A stretch of 64,000 nucleotides of DNA from Chara braunii (GCA_003427395.1 BFEA01000011.1:5436951-5500950); one strand, 5' to 3'; shown: positions 23,747 to 38,143, numbered from the stretch's first letter. Translations and numbers: made by a program. The notes: generated from the sequence alone by a model not told the origin.

Positions 23747-26700
23747 GTTCGTATGATTATGAATGAGGGAACTTTTGATTGAGTCGGTGAATGTTACTTT
23801 CTATCTTTTCGTCCTCGTGTGCGTTGTTTGTTTGTCCTTCTTAATCGTCCCTCCTTCCGATCTCCACGTTAGTTAGTCTCATGAAGACGGACTGCGCCAC
23901 TCAAGCCGGTTGATGGTCAGCCATAGGAGGCGAAAGCTCAAAGAATTGGGCGTCTGGAATTGCCGTGAGGCTTCATTTAGAACTAGAGAAAACTCTCTCG
24001 TTGTTTTGTTGTCCTTTCTCAGGCTTAAATCACCCATTTCCATTCGTATCGCATGGAATGTTGTAAGCACGAAATTCATCCAGTACCGTCCTCCTCCCAT
24101 GTTAACCTGGCCAGACGCTGGTGATGCGTAAGAAAAAGGTGATGGCCTCTAGTGATCTCTCGCTGCGGGGCATTGCAGCGATATCTTCCTCAGCCTCAGG
24201 ACATTTTGGCTTTCGCGAGTACGTGGTCGAGCATCAGGACTTTCCCTTCTGCAGGAAAAAGGAGGGATTCTTCTGGAGGGGAGGAAGCGGAAACCCCTCG
24301 CAGAGATGAGATGCTGTAAACGGCGCTCATGCGGTTTTATCTAGAGATCTCAAACAGCATACCTAGATTTGTGTGGCTGTCGAAAACCGCGCTGAGGTTA
24401 AGGCGGGAAAGACCGCTGTATGCGGCGTTGATTTTTTGCGGCCGTCCGCTGGCTTGCGGGCGATGGGTAAATGCAGCCGTGAATGATTCAATGCCTACGA
24501 AGAGGTGTCTTGTGAGTGGGGGAGTTGCTAGCGTCCGCTGGGCCTGCGTTCTGTTGGAGTTGGTGCAACCACTAAAAAAGAGACGATGAAGGCTGAAAGA
24601 TGCCGTGCGAGCGCGTGCGTAAAAGGAAGAAAGAGGACAGAGTTATGGTGGATGCTTCTCAGAGAGCAATATGCAGATGCCGTTGAGATGTGAGCCAAAA
24701 GACCAACCATAAATTGTGAATCGGAATTCCGTATGGAAGGCGTTCGAGCACACACGTGAGGTTTGATTTCCAGCGTGCTCCGCTTCCTGGAACTCTGAAA
24801 GCACCGTCTGGGATCTGTGCCATCGCGCGTCCGTGTCGGCGTGATGGCACGCGCGGTGCCGCGTGTGTGGTTTGTTGAGCGAATTTGCCTCCTTTTTCTC
24901 TCGTAGAGCTGACGGCCTCTGCACGTGCTGTCGCTCGGTGAACTACGCGAAAAAGAGTCTACGGTGCTATGAGTTTTAATGACGTCACCCGGTAGACTGC
25001 TCCATCATCGCTGCATTTCCGGTCTGGTTTACGTGTGCCTCGCAGCATCAGCCAGCATCCCTGTCACCTACCTTCATCCGGCACAAGATGGAACAATTTT
25101 GAAATTTGGAAATCAGTCCCATGAGGCTTGGTTGGGCGACTTCATTAAAGCTCAACTGCAACGAGTTCGAACACCAAGTGCCTTGGGCAATGTCAAGTGA
25201 TCGCACATCTGTAGAGCTCGACCACTATCAGTTTTTTGATCGTGAAAGTTCGTCATGTGGACTGTGCAACCGAGTATACACATCTGAAAAGGAACTCGAA
25301 CGACCTTATCAGAGGCAGAGAGCATATGATAGCATACTTGTCGCATCACCAGCCTCTACTTGATGATCGGAAAGTGAACGCTGTTAGAGCATCATCAGCT
25401 CAACCCTTTCGGCGAGAGACAGCACCAACTCACGACACCCTGAAGCTTTGGGCTAAGGACGTAATCAAGACGGATAGCCCTCGACCTTTTGAACAGACAC
25501 AGCCAAGAAACCAAACACACGTCGATAATATCGTGTGGCTCTCACGGCCACTGGTCCGTTCAATCTAGTAGCACGTCTACGTGTTTGTGAGACCCAGCCC
25601 TCTCAGATACACCGTCTCGTACGTAGATTGTAGGTCTTGCCCTTGAACATGTCTCTTGACACGTGCGGATAATCAACCATCAGGCACATCAGGTTGAAAT
25701 CGAATCCCCACTCACCACCTGTGCCCTCCGCTCACTGGCCTGTCCTTCAACCGTCCTTGTCAGTGCCTTCATGTGCTCTTGTCCCATTCTGTTGCTGCTA
25801 GCGTGTGAACTCATTTTGTGCGTGAGTTGTTTGTACGGGGGAGTGGACGAGCATACTGCTCGGGTTTGTGTATGTGGATGCCATACGTAGATGATCAGAC
25901 CTATTGTTTCGCGAGTGCATGTGATGAGCGTCTGTGTTTGAGCGCACGGGAGGAGGGCACACGAACGAGTTACACGGATGAACACCTTACCTCGATCCGT
26001 GCAACTCAGGGTCGGTACACGGGAGTGCGTAATGTTAATCAGATGCCGTTTCGACATGTGATCAACGACTTAGGGACGGCTAAAGCGGTCAATGTCAAGA
26101 CGGGTGTGTGACGTTGATGCGACTCCGTGAAAATGCAGCGAAGCAGTCGATGAGCATATCCGACATCGTTCTGACATGTGATCAAAGCTCTGATGACTGA
26201 TACAACAGTGAACTTGTTGGTCCATTTAAACTGACTATAGCTCGGCGCGACTTATGACGTAATCCTTCGCGACATGTCGAAGTAAAACTGGGCTTACGTT
26301 GAAGGCAGGCACGTAGAATTTTTGGTTAAAACTCTCCTGTGAACATTTTAACTACTACGAGGATTGATAATTTTGGTGGAGCTATGTTCCCAAATGCTCT
26401 AAATTCTGTGATAATTAGGTAGTCCTGGGAGGCGATTTAGACGTAAGCCGTTGCAACATATCGAAGGAAATACCGGGATTTCGTTGAACACTCTTCGAGT
26501 TCGGGTACGAAATCTTTTGCATGGAAATGGCAATTTGCTTGTTGCCGTGTACGTAGATAGGAAGAGTATAAGACGTAGGAGAAATGCTATATTCACGTTG
26601 TAATCCCTCACGCTCAGCAGACTACATACAATAATAAAAGAATCTCCAAGGCAAAAAAGTCGAATTTTGGCAAGACTCTGCATTGCTTGAGGGATTCCAG

Positions 26701-27116
26701 AGTTGTTTACAGTATAATCATTTTTGTTGTTTGTTTTCGTGAAAATCATTTTTGTTGTTTGTTTTCGTGAAGTTTTTTGTTTTCTAGGAGGAGAATTTTA
26801 GGTCAAGCATTACCTTCTGCAGTCGTTTTGTGGAATGTCAGGGTTAATCTTGGGTGGGGCCGTCTTATCACATATTCCACTCGCATATCATTTTGGCCCC
26901 ACAGCGGCCTGTGTGAGCCGCGAGTGCTCACGTGCCCCGGTGTGAACCTGGCGCCTCTCGAAGCTCTTTTGTGCCCCACTGAGACGCTGGCAATGTTGAA
27001 TCGTATTTCCGTCGTCGAGACTTGTATGTCTAGCGTGCGTGTTTTTTGCTTGCATCTATTTAAAATGTGTATACCTTGTTTTGCTCTGTGTGCATACGTT
27101 GGTTCGCTTGACTCAG

Positions 27117-27272
27117 GATCTTGTGGACGCAATCGACAGCGTAGGTGGCTCCTACATGATTACTGCCGATCATGGGAACGCGGACGACATGGTTCAGAGG
27201 AACAAGAAGAAGGAACCTCTTCGTGACGAGAATGGGAATCCGCTGCCACTTACCTCACACACTTTGGCACCG
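27117..27272 (+). CDS. iPGAM: iPGAM exon 5
   Basis: [11 protein letters not shown] and LTSHTLAP; CCG|GTAAGG. Confidence 0.95.
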
Positions 27273-27702
27273 GTAAGGCAAAAATCTGGAAGTCTAAATT
27301 TGAAGGGGAACGGTTGTTTGTTTATTTGTTTGTTAGTGTTTTTGTTTGGTGTAACCTAAGCGGAATATTTTTTTGTGCCCGACCGATTCTGTTGTACCCA
27401 GCTCGGCTTCTTCGTTATGACCTGCAGGGAATGATGGGAAGCGAGGTAAACGCGTTAGCGGGGTGGGGTCCTCAAGTGACGAAGGTGAGCGGTGGTAGAT
27501 CTATCGTGGTGCAGGGGTGGATATTTCGACCAGTACGGTTAAGGCATCCGGCTGTTTATGAAGGTGAGCGGTGGTAGATGTATCATAGGTGCAGGGGTGG
27601 GTATCACGACCGGTATAGTGAAGGTATCCGGCTGTTTAGTCCGAGATGGCAGGTTCACCGTCGCAATGGTTAACCTCAAGTGACAAAGGTGAGTGGCCCA
27701 GA

Positions 27703-28126
27703 GTACGTAAACCACGCTTCTGCATGAGAATTGGTCCGGAAATAGGATCCGGACTTGGTGGCCACGTGCGGGCTCTTCTATCCAGAAGTGTGGTACGTAA
27801 ACCACGCTTCTGCATGAGAATTGGTCGGGAAATAGGATCCGGACTTGGTGGCCATGTGCGGGCTCTTCTATCCAAAAGTGTACGTAAACCACGCTTCTGC
27901 ATGAGAATTGGTCGGGAAATAGGATCCCGACTTGGTGGCCATGTGCATGCTCTTATATCCAAAAGTGTACGTAAACCACGCTTCTGCATGAGAATTGGTC
28001 GGGAAATAGGATCCGGACTTGGTGGCCACGTGCGGGCTCTATTCAAAAGTGTGGTACGTAAACCACGCTTCTGCACGAGAATGGTCGGGAAATAGGATCC
28101 GGACTTGGTGGCCACGTGCGGGCTCT
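27703..28126. repeat. ~88-bp minisatellite x5
   Basis: GTACGTAAACCACGCTTCTGCATGAGAATTGGTCGGGAAATAGGATCCGGACTTGGTGGCCA repeated. Confidence 0.95.
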
Positions 28127-31100
28127 ATCCTGTGCGAGGGTCTCGGAGGGTGCGTGTGGAGAGAGTGCGTGTCTATATTGCAAACATGCAGAGCTGGGGT
28201 TAAGGATATCACGAGTGGCAGGGTTCCACTTTCGAACACCGGGTCACGGTTGCAGTGGTTATGGCGTCTGCATGTTGGGGTTGCAGTGGTTAAGGCGTCG
28301 CTGTTTAGCCCGAGATTGCCGCTTCGATTCCTTGCAGGGTCGATCCGAAAGTGTGGTGCATAAACCTATCATAGGTAGGGTGTACCGGGGCGACTCCTGC
28401 CGTGTTCTAGAAGGAACGGACAGGGTGTAGGGGTTTGAGCCTCTTGAGTTCCTGTGAAAAATCGATGGGATACTGCTCATTAGTCTCCCGAGCCCTCTTT
28501 ATCGATAGTAGAGGAGCTTTCGCCTCGTCTGCATGGTTACAAAATCGGGAAATATGTGAAATGCCGAAACCAGAAACGATCACCGGAGTTATCATACTGG
28601 AAATGTCAGTAGTTCCGTGGACATATGGTGCATGCTGGCAGGGGTGTAGGCTGTAGATGCCACATAGGTCTGGGAACATTTTGGCAAGAAGGTAATTGAG
28701 AAACAAAGAGGCGTATCAGACGGTTATCAAGCACTCTTTTCTCATATAGATGCTACAAAGGGCTGGGAACATTTTGGCAAAGAAGCAAATTGAGAAACAA
28801 AGAGGCGTATCAGACGGTTGTCAAGCACTCTTTTCTCATTTAGTATGCATTCACACTCTCCGTGTTCCGTAGTATCATAATAACTCGCCCTTGTGCATTC
28901 ACAGTCTCCGTGTGTCGTAGCAAAAGCAAGCTAAAGCATGCCAGACGAATGTGTTTGTACGCTGCGCCTTTTTGGTTGGCTGTTGCCAGGGTTCACTTCA
29001 GGAGAAAAAACAAAAGCATGATGTTGGCAGATCTTGTCCTTGCTTCATGTCAGAAATGCTTTTTCTGGCGTGAAGACATGGAATGTGCTTGCGTGGGCAG
29101 AGGCTGTGGATGCTAAGCGATCTTCAACGTCTGCCCATTGTCGAGGACGAAGCACAGGGGCAGATCAGATGGTTGTCATACGCTCTTGGCCCCTCACACA
29201 CACACCTGCCTTGCGAATGTCACAACTCGTACACATGCACCTACCCGTGCATGTGGAATGGATGCACTCGAGTTGTGAGGCGTCTTTTGGGTCCTGTGTT
29301 CACTATCCTTTCGTTGGTCTTGAGCCTCGCTGCACTACTCCGTTCTACATGTTCATGAGTGGAGGTGTCACTCCAGTTACTGTCGAAATGGACAGTTGAG
29401 AAATAACTTCACAAATCGAAAGCTGTCAGACGTTGGTCATCAATAGTACTGTCGCGAAATTGACAGTTGCCCCTTCGGAGGGGTTTATCTGTCCATTTAG
29501 TGGTTCATCCATCCCTAGCACGGATGTGCAAAGGACAATTCAACTGCGATTGTGCTTCTCCTATTTCATTCTGCCGTATCCATACTCCCAGATGAAGTCC
29601 ATGTTCATCGGGTACCCCAACAGGGGCCTTCCAGATGCAGTGCCAAAAGTGAGTTGCTGTCTTGGTGGTTCCCTCCTTCCTCGTCGTTCACGTCTACACT
29701 CTCTCCACCTGCCGTTATGGCCTAGCTTGAGGTACTTTTTTTGCCTCCATAGCATAGGCCTACTCCCTTCTGCTCCGTAGCCATGGAGTTCTTCACCTGC
29801 AGTTCCTCCTCGAACCCAGAGCTCGGGGCGGATCAGCAGCATGACTGCCGGGTGAATGCCTGTACTACCCACTGAACAGAATGGTATACTCATGACTCGT
29901 GTCCTCTACCACCTCTACCCGGGCACTCTCAGCCTCTACCGATGCTCTAGGTCCTACTGGAAGATCCTGCCTTTTGACAGGAACATAGTTGCTGCTCGCA
30001 GTTAACACCCAACGCCTGAACCTAAGCTGATATCTACCTGCATATGGGCCCTGGAGCATAGTGCCCTGTTGGAGGCTATTTGACGTTTCTAAGCCAGACC
30101 TTTCTAAGGGTGGAAATGCCACCCTATCCCCGCTACGTTCTATTTTTGTTCTTGTCCGTGACTCCCCCCCTCTTTTTTTTATTTGAGAAATGTGAGTCCC
30201 CCCTGTTAGGAGGGGTGGTAAGAACATCCCCTTACCAGGCTTTCTGGGCACTCCAATCTATTGGTGGGGAGCTACACACGAAGTTTGTCTGGCATCCGAT
30301 TTCAATCTACTGTTGTCGCGATATCTATCAACTGTTCCACCCCTCTCGGGACACAGAAAATGCAACATGAGAATAGGGTTTCTCATGTGCATAGCAAACA
30401 TTGCATAAGAGTCTTGGATACACAGGGTATACAGCAAACCACACCCAGGGTCGTAGATCTTCAGCAAATCAGACCAACAGACAGGACTAGGATTGCAGCA
30501 ATCTCAAACTGCAATTTTGGGGGTCGTTGCAGCTCGCAAAACCGAGTTTGTTTGTTTCTCCTGATAGCTTTTCCGTGTGTAGTTGTTCCTGCCCAATTCA
30601 TATGCTGGTAAGGCAAAGAACACTCAGCTCACAAGCACTGGAGAAGGATGGAGAATGAGTGGATCAACTGAAACTACTGAACCACCTGCACACGCCTCAC
30701 GTCTGCCTCGGGCCCGGAGGCTGAAATGCAACGCCGGCCACCGATTTATTTTATCGACGGCTAGCTGCCAGAGGCTTTTTGAACCAGGCATCAAAACATT
30801 TTCAGCAAGGCCTCTGTCTGAGCTACTTTTTCCCGATGCCAGTTTCACCTTGAGCTGAACCTGCATGGCACTGCCTGGTGAGGCCAGCCTTGCGGTAGGC
30901 CCACCCCACAATTTTGCAGGTGCTGCATCAGAACAAAATGGCAGGGAAATGCACGGGTGGCTTAAACCACCAGTCTCGATGATCGGAAAATGTCACTCCT
31001 GAGAGTGTGGTGTGATGTGGGGGGCCATGGGGGCTTTCGGCCTCCTGACCATGGGCAGTTGCCACTGGCCTGCAAAATTTGAGTGTGCCGAGTTTGACAG

Positions 31101-32419
31101 TTGCACATGCTTATTATTTTGCATGAAAACAGTATCATAGTTTCTCAGAAAAAACTCCCAAAATTGGTGTTTTTGGGATGGCCAGCCTTGCCACATATGC
31201 TCTGGAATTTAGTTGCCAAAAGTGAGTCCGACAGCTGCCAGAAAGCTAGGTCGACAGTTCGGCCGAGATTGTGAGTGAGCCGTGACTGACAGGAGTCTTA
31301 TGTCAGCATGGGTTGTACTGCTAGTCTGGAGGAAAGTGTATAGCGCCGCGTTTGAGAGCTCAGTCTGGCGAAGAGCACTCTAAAATGGGGCAACGAGTTT
31401 CATTGTTCAATAGCACTCCCAAAGTTTTTCTCGGATTGGGGAGTGGTGTGGCGAGGCCACTTATTGCTGCTTTTTTCAGGTATTTGTTTCCCTCGGTGGC
31501 GCATCTCGCCTTGGAACTGCCATCGTGATGAAAGGAGATCCGAATGAATTCTAGTGGTCCAGGATGACATCAGTGTGAAAGAAACTTCGTTGAAGAGGAA
31601 TTCCAGTGGTAAGATCAGCTTGTTATGTGTGGCAGGTAGTCTGCAGCTGTTCAGGGTCAAAGAGCAGAAGCATGAGGAAGCAGTGGACGGTGGTCATCGC
31701 TGCCAGCCCAACTCAGAGGAAAGAGGATCCTGGGCGGCACTCTAATGAACGGAAGAACACTGGTCATCCAGCTGGTGTTCAGTCAGCAGCAGTCTGCCGC
31801 AGTCCCTCATAAGCTCCTAGCTACAATGACTGACTAATAACCATTTGTCATGTTAATTTCTCGGTGCTTATCACAGAATTCCTTGTATTATGGGCCATGT
31901 CCAACAGCTGGGTATGAACAGGTGTAGTGAAGAAACGGTAAGGAGAAATAGAAGTGTGCAAACTGTACTCCAAAGTACATGAGCCGCACAGTCGTGTGGT
32001 GGATCCGCTGTGCACTGCAGAGGACCTCCCTGCGCACCAAACAGAGCTGGGTCTGTTGTGGTGCAGTGTGGAGGGTGCCTGTCCGGTGTGGTGTAGTGTG
32101 CAGTTTGTGTGGTCTGTTCCCCACAGCGTGCGGAGCTGTGCTGAGCATGTTTTTTAATTCTGCTTTCTGGGGAAGGGATATGCTTGGCGGCTCAAAAAGC
32201 AGCCATCTGAACCCCAATGGTGCTTGATTAGACTGGCATCTTGTTGCTCGACATGATGACCTGCTCCCAAAAACAACAACAGGATGTCAACAGCCCCGTA
32301 TCACTCCCCATTGGCACTACCTGCCCCCACCTGGCCCCTCCTGCACACGTCCGCCCTGATGGAGGAAGAACGAAAAAATTGCACTTTCCATTGATTGTTT
32401 TCTCTCCAATGTCAATAAG

Positions 32420-33420
32420 AGGACGACAGAGGAGGAGGAGGAAAGATAGAGGCCGGATGGAGGAGATGAGGGTGGAGGAGGAGGAGACATAGGAGGACAA
32501 GGAGTAGGACTAGGAGTAGGACTAGGAGGAGACGAGGACAATGGATGAATGACTCAGTGACTGCTTTCTCTGGAACTTTGATAAGAGGAGGGGGGGGAGG
32601 AGGATGTGAGATGGACTGATTGAGGAAATGAGGATCAGTGAGGAGGAGAAATGGAGGAGGCGGAGGCTGGCAAAATGCAGTAGACATGGCAATGGAGGAG
32701 GTGGAGCTGGCAGAGAAGAGGAGGATGGCAAATGAATGCAGCTTGCTCTGCAACTTCGATAAGAAGGGGAGGAGGGGGAGGAGACATGGAAAAGGGGATG
32801 GAGGATACGAGGATGACAAATGAACGACAAAGAGAACCCTCCGTTTCCAGTGACTGCTTTCTCTGTGACTCCGATAAGAAGAGGGGGGGGAGGAGCAGAA
32901 GTGATATGGTGGAGGACGAGGAAAAGGAGACAGGATGACGAACGAGTGACAAAAAAGGAAAGAACCCCTCGTTTCCAGTTGACTTCTTTCTCTGCAACTT
33001 CGATGAGAGGAGGAGGAGGACGAGGAGGAGACGAGGATGATGAACGAGCAACAAAAAGAAAAATGAATCCTCGATTTGCTGTTTCTGCGACTTCGGGAAG
33101 TGGAGGAGAGATGGAGGTATCTAAGTGATGAGGGAGCAGGAGGAGGGGAGGAGACAAGAACGGCTAGTGAATGACAAAAAGAACCCTCAATTTCCAGTGA
33201 CTGCTTCCTCTGTGTCGTCAGTAAGATGAGGGGGAGGAGGAGAAATATGGAAGAGGGATGGGGGCGATGAGGGTGGTGGAGGAGGCACGGAGAAGGAGAA
33301 GTAGAAGAGAAAGAGAACAACGACAAATGAATGATAAAAAGAGAAATGAACCCCTGATTTCCAGCGACTTATTTCCCTGCGACGTCAATCAGAGGAGGAG
33401 GAGGACGAGAAGTACGATGC
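32420..33420. repeat. Purine-rich degenerate tandem repeat
   Basis: (GGA)n tracts with a recurring TTTCCAGTGACTGCTTTCTCTG motif. Confidence 0.7.
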
Positions 33421-33676
33421 GAACTGGAGTATTGATGACAATGTTGTGTAGGTAGTATTAGTAGCAGTGAAAAGCAAAGAAAAACAACCAAAAACTTGTG
33501 CTTTTGACAATAGTGTGTTTGCAAATTGGTGGTAGCAGCAGCAGTGAAAAAAAAAGAAACTAGGAAAGTAGCACAAATAGGACGTTTATGTTGTTCAACA
33601 ATTCCTTGTGTTGGAAGGTGGGTCCCACGGCTGGGCATGGTATGGAGTGAGTGTTTTTCTGCTGTCCTCTTAAAAG

Positions 33677-33862
33677 CACTAGTACCTTTCCCACGTGGGA
33701 AAATAGGGAAAACTGCCAAACTCCTGAATTTTCGGAGGTCAGGCCCAACGACGACTGCCATTGATAAATCTCATCCGCGGCCGTCGTTTCGTTTCGGCCT
33801 CTGAAAAGGTCGGACGCCTACCCAAGGCCCGCTATTTTCCCAAGCGGCAAAAGTACACCAGT
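33677..33862. mobile_element. Degenerate MITE related to 50260-50435
   Basis: Starts CACTAGTACCTTT; shares internal GGAGGTC.GG and GTCGTTTCGTTT.GG..TCT..AAAGGTCGGA. Confidence 0.55.
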
Positions 33863-34238
33863 ACCCCACCTAGCCAAAAAAATCCGACCTCCTGAATTCA
33901 TGGAGGTCCTTGGCAGGGTAGGTAGAGGCTGGGAAGAGCCTCTCCTTGGTAGAGGTGTGGGGGTCGCTCGTTTTGAAAACGAGAAGGTAACCAGAGAATG
34001 AAATAGCACCATGATTCTGCACAAAAAAAGGAGAAATAAATCTGGAAAATAAAGAAAGGAGGAGAAGGAAACCAGAGAATGAAATAGCACCATGATTCTG
34101 CACCAAAAAAAGGAGAAAAACAATTCCGGAAAATAAGGAAAAGATTACTGGGAACGGCGTGCGGCAGGTCGTGGAGCCGTGTGTCTCGTGAAGAGCTATC
34201 CAGTGTGCAAGACAAGAATGAATCTTTCACCTGAACGC

Positions 34239-34695
34239 TGGTTGATACAGGGAAGATTAGTATATGGCCCTGGACAATGATGGCAAAAAGAAGGAAAAAA
34301 GAAAGCTACAGCTCCCCAACTTTTGCCCTTTGTGGATGTGGTGACACGGGCCGTCACTCTAACAGGTGCGTTACCCGCACTCTCGGTAGAGATTTGCGCA
34401 ATGCCATTTGCGCGGCACTGCCTTCAAATGCAGAAAATGAGGATGAATTTTGGGCCTGGACGTTGGTAGATACACTAAAGATTCGCATGGCCCTGTGCAA
34501 GGATAACAAGTAAATAGTCGAGGACGAATCTTCAGCCTGAACGTTGGTAGATTCACTAAAGATTAGCGTGGCCCTGTGCAAGGATAACAATTGGTCCGAA
34601 AGATGGAAAATGTCTTTGTGCATTAGGGCCTCCCTCCACTATTCTAAATGTGCAAAATGAGACTGAATCTTCCGTTAGAACATGGAAAGATACAT
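34239..34695 (+). pseudogene. Cluster of 3-4 U6 snRNA core fragments
   Basis: 34239-34285 GATACAGGGAAGATTAGTATATGGCCC; 34463-34522 TTGGTAGATACACTAAAGATTCGCATGGCCCTGTGCAAGGATAACA; 34544-34600 AAGATTAGCGTGGCCCTGTGCAAGGATAACA; 34670-34695 is a 5'-part match. Confidence 0.75.
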
Positions 34696-37600
34696 TGCCA
34701 TATTTTTTGTCTTCTGCATATGCAGAGTAGTAGAGCGAGACCCTGGGGTTATAGCTGGAGAGAGCCGTGACATTATTCTGATGAGGTGGAAATTGCGCAC
34801 AAATGGCAGAAAGAAAAATGGACGAAGGAAAAAAAGACTTAAGGGGAAGTAAAAAAGCAAACAATCGGAACAGAGCGACTGGTCGCCTGCATTGAAGGAC
34901 CCGTCAGCTGCTATATCTCCAGTGCAGCAGCCCAATTCACCGAAACTGGCATGAAAAAAACAAAAATTGTTCGGGAAGGCTGCCTCGGGGATATTGGCGG
35001 CTTAAACCTTCACTACCTTTCTCATATGTCGGCTGCAGGGTGGGTCCTGCTCGTTTCAGAGGCAGCTAGCCTCCGATGACAAACATCAGCAGCTGTGCGG
35101 CGCCATTCTTTTTGGATGAGGTGATTTTCCCAAATGACCACAGCTGCTGCAGTCCTGGCCCCAGTCCGAGTTCCAGTCTCATTTTCCAGTCACAGCATCA
35201 GAGTCGCAGTTGTGTACCATATTCATGACTCCCTGGTCGTTTTTGACAGCAGGAAGCGGTAGGGATATTCCACTAGGTACCCTTAGGGGCTCAAAAAGTC
35301 TGTAGAAGTTGTAGGTACCCATAGGGGCTAGAAAGTCAGTCAGTCCAGTTAGCATTGAAGTCCCAGGAAAGTCTGCGGACTTTTGGAAGCGGCAAACATC
35401 AGTGTATGGGACCCATAGCCGGTGGAGGAAGTACGGAGGCAGATTGTCAAGTACTGGCGAATTGTGCGAGTTGTCAACATCTAATCACCTGCGCATCAGA
35501 ATTGCAAGTACGAAAGTTGCGGTGTGGAAGATGTCAACACATATTCACTTGCGGGTCCATGCGTGAGTGCGGCTACATCATTTTAGGATAATGCAATGTG
35601 CACTGTTCTTCGGCTGGCAGCAGGTAGTTGGTGGCGCTGGGCGGCATAGATAGGTTGGAAGGGAGGGGAATGAGAGGCAGGGAGGGAGGTATTGAGATAG
35701 ACGAGACCTTGGATAGAGAGTGAGAAGTGAGTTTGAGGGAGAGGGCAACCATACCTGAGGAAGCATCCCAGTTACCTTACCTGCACCTCTTGTACGAAGA
35801 CAATTCTATGTAAATGAGTTGGTCGGGGGATAGTATGTGCATTACATCACACTTGTGCTTTGATGTGTGTGTCAGCTTGCCTGAGCATGGCGTGAAAGTG
35901 CCGTGCATGGATGGTTGGTCTCAAAAGTATAACAGTATACTATAACTTAAACGTGTTGCCAGATTACGATAGGTCTAAATGGGGTAGGTAGGAAATCGAC
36001 TCCGGAAGTTCGAGGACTGCGCTCATATTTTGTCTGGCCTGTGCATGGCTTTTAATTGTCAGCAAAGACATGTGAACGTTGCATTATTGTGCAATGCTGA
36101 CGTGATGATTGTGTCGCTGACGTGGTGAATGCAACATGCCAAGTAACAATGGCTGGGCGCATCAGTGTCTGTGAGCACGGTGTGGTGCTGCTGGTGTGTG
36201 ATGTGGGGTGGCGAGGGGTGATGGCCCACTTGTGCACCTCTGGCTCATAATTGCATGCAGCATTTGTCCAGAGTTCCCAGGTCAGGATCGTAATGAATGA
36301 ACAGCCTGCCTAGGCAGTCTTACCGAGTAAATGTCCTGACGTGTCTCGATAGGGAGCGAGGGACTTTTTAATAATCGTTCTTTGACAGCCAAAGGTTTCC
36401 GATGTCTTGTATACAACTGCATGAACAGTGCCACCGGATCCAAATGGCCAGAGGTGCCTGGCAGAAAAAAGACAAATGTGCCTCCTTGCAGCTCGTTTTT
36501 TCCTCGTGTGCCGGATATCTCAGGGTAGGGAAAGGTCTGGGGGGGTTACTGTCGCATGTAGTATAGATTCTGTATCCAACTGCTTTCACGTCCATAGCAG
36601 TTGGATATGTTTTTTTTTTTTTTTTTTTTTATTTGATCGAACTGCCGTGATGACCGCGGCACTGTAAAGGGACCTAGGCAGGGCACAGTCTCACACGTGA
36701 TGCAGAGTCTGTATCCAACTGCTTTCACGTCCATGGCAGTTTTTTTTTGTTGTTTTCCTTGTTCGAAAGCCTACCACTGTGATGACCATGCAGCTGCAAC
36801 AGGACCCAAAAGGGCATACTCTCACACATGACGGTTTTTGTTTGTTTGTTTGTTTGTTTTTTAGCTGTACAGTGTACCACCAAAAAAATAGAACGGAACC
36901 TAGGCTCGGCGAAACTCTGGGCCGTGGTGAAATTCACGGTCGGCAAAAACAGGATCGGAGGTAGTGGTGGTTTAAGAAAAAGATATTGTAAGGCATGCTG
37001 TAGCTGACTTGCCTGTCTCATTTAAACCGCTAGTCCGTCCAAAGATACTGTTCATCCGCTGTCGTATAGGAGTACCTACCCACATTTTTTTGAGTATTGC
37101 CCCTGGTCTGTTAGGCCGACTGCCGGTAGAGTGACAGATAAAGAGGAAATGCGAGCCCCAGAATGTCTGTGGGACACCCAGACCTTTCAATAATACAGAG
37201 GCTGGTACCGGTATTGTGATCATTTGTCGAAAGGTCACTACTGCTCACTTCTAGGCTTGGCAAAATGCATCTACTACATTCTATTAAAGTTTGAACGGGT
37301 ATCTCGACTTAGCCCAACCGGATTCTGCCGTGTTGTACATTGGCCGTTGGATACGCAATGCATATGAACGGTAATGGCTGAATTCGAATAGAACTGAAAA
37401 AACTTCCCCAACAAGTAAAATAAAAGAACCTAAAGTGGAGCCCGCGTGTCATCCAGAAAGGAAAATGTGAACACACGATCTGTTTAGTTTTTTTCAGGCA
37501 ACAAGATTGTGGACCCTGTCTTGAGAGTGGGCCTCGCCACAAGCGCACACAATGAAAAATGGACCTAGTGCATCTTCCCACATGAAAAGGAAGGATGCAT

Positions 37601-38108
37601 CCACTTGGTGTATGATACTAGACAATGTATTTTTCCACCTCCTGTGGAGGGGTGCACTTGTTCTTTTGTTATGTGCCATGTGATGCATCCATTTGCTTCA
37701 TGATACTAGCAAATGTATTTTTTCCACCTCCTTTGCCCGGGTGCATCCATTTGCTTCATAATACTAGCAAATGTATTTTTTCCACCTTTGCGCGGGTGCA
37801 CTTGATTCTTTTGTTTTGTGTGCCATGCGGTGAGGTCCACTGCTGGCAGAGAGACTGCACTTCGGGAAGCCGGTCTTGTGCGCAGCCCAGACTCCCAAAA
37901 AATTGTTTTGCTTCATGGTATGTAGCTTACTGGGCAGTATGGAGCTTAACGGGCGTGGCAAAGTGTGCTCTCTACATTTGCTCGTATCTCTTTCTCTCTC
38001 TGCAGTTGTGTGGGCAGAGGTCCGTTCACGACTTCACACTCTATGAAAAAAATGGAATGGGCAGGTTCTGGCAAATTTTGGACTGCACTTGAACCGGCTC
38101 ACACACAA

Positions 38109-38143
<35 letters not shown>

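Noticed and set aside
32412-33326. 304-aa ORF
   Set aside because: It is a low-complexity translation of a purine-rich repeat.
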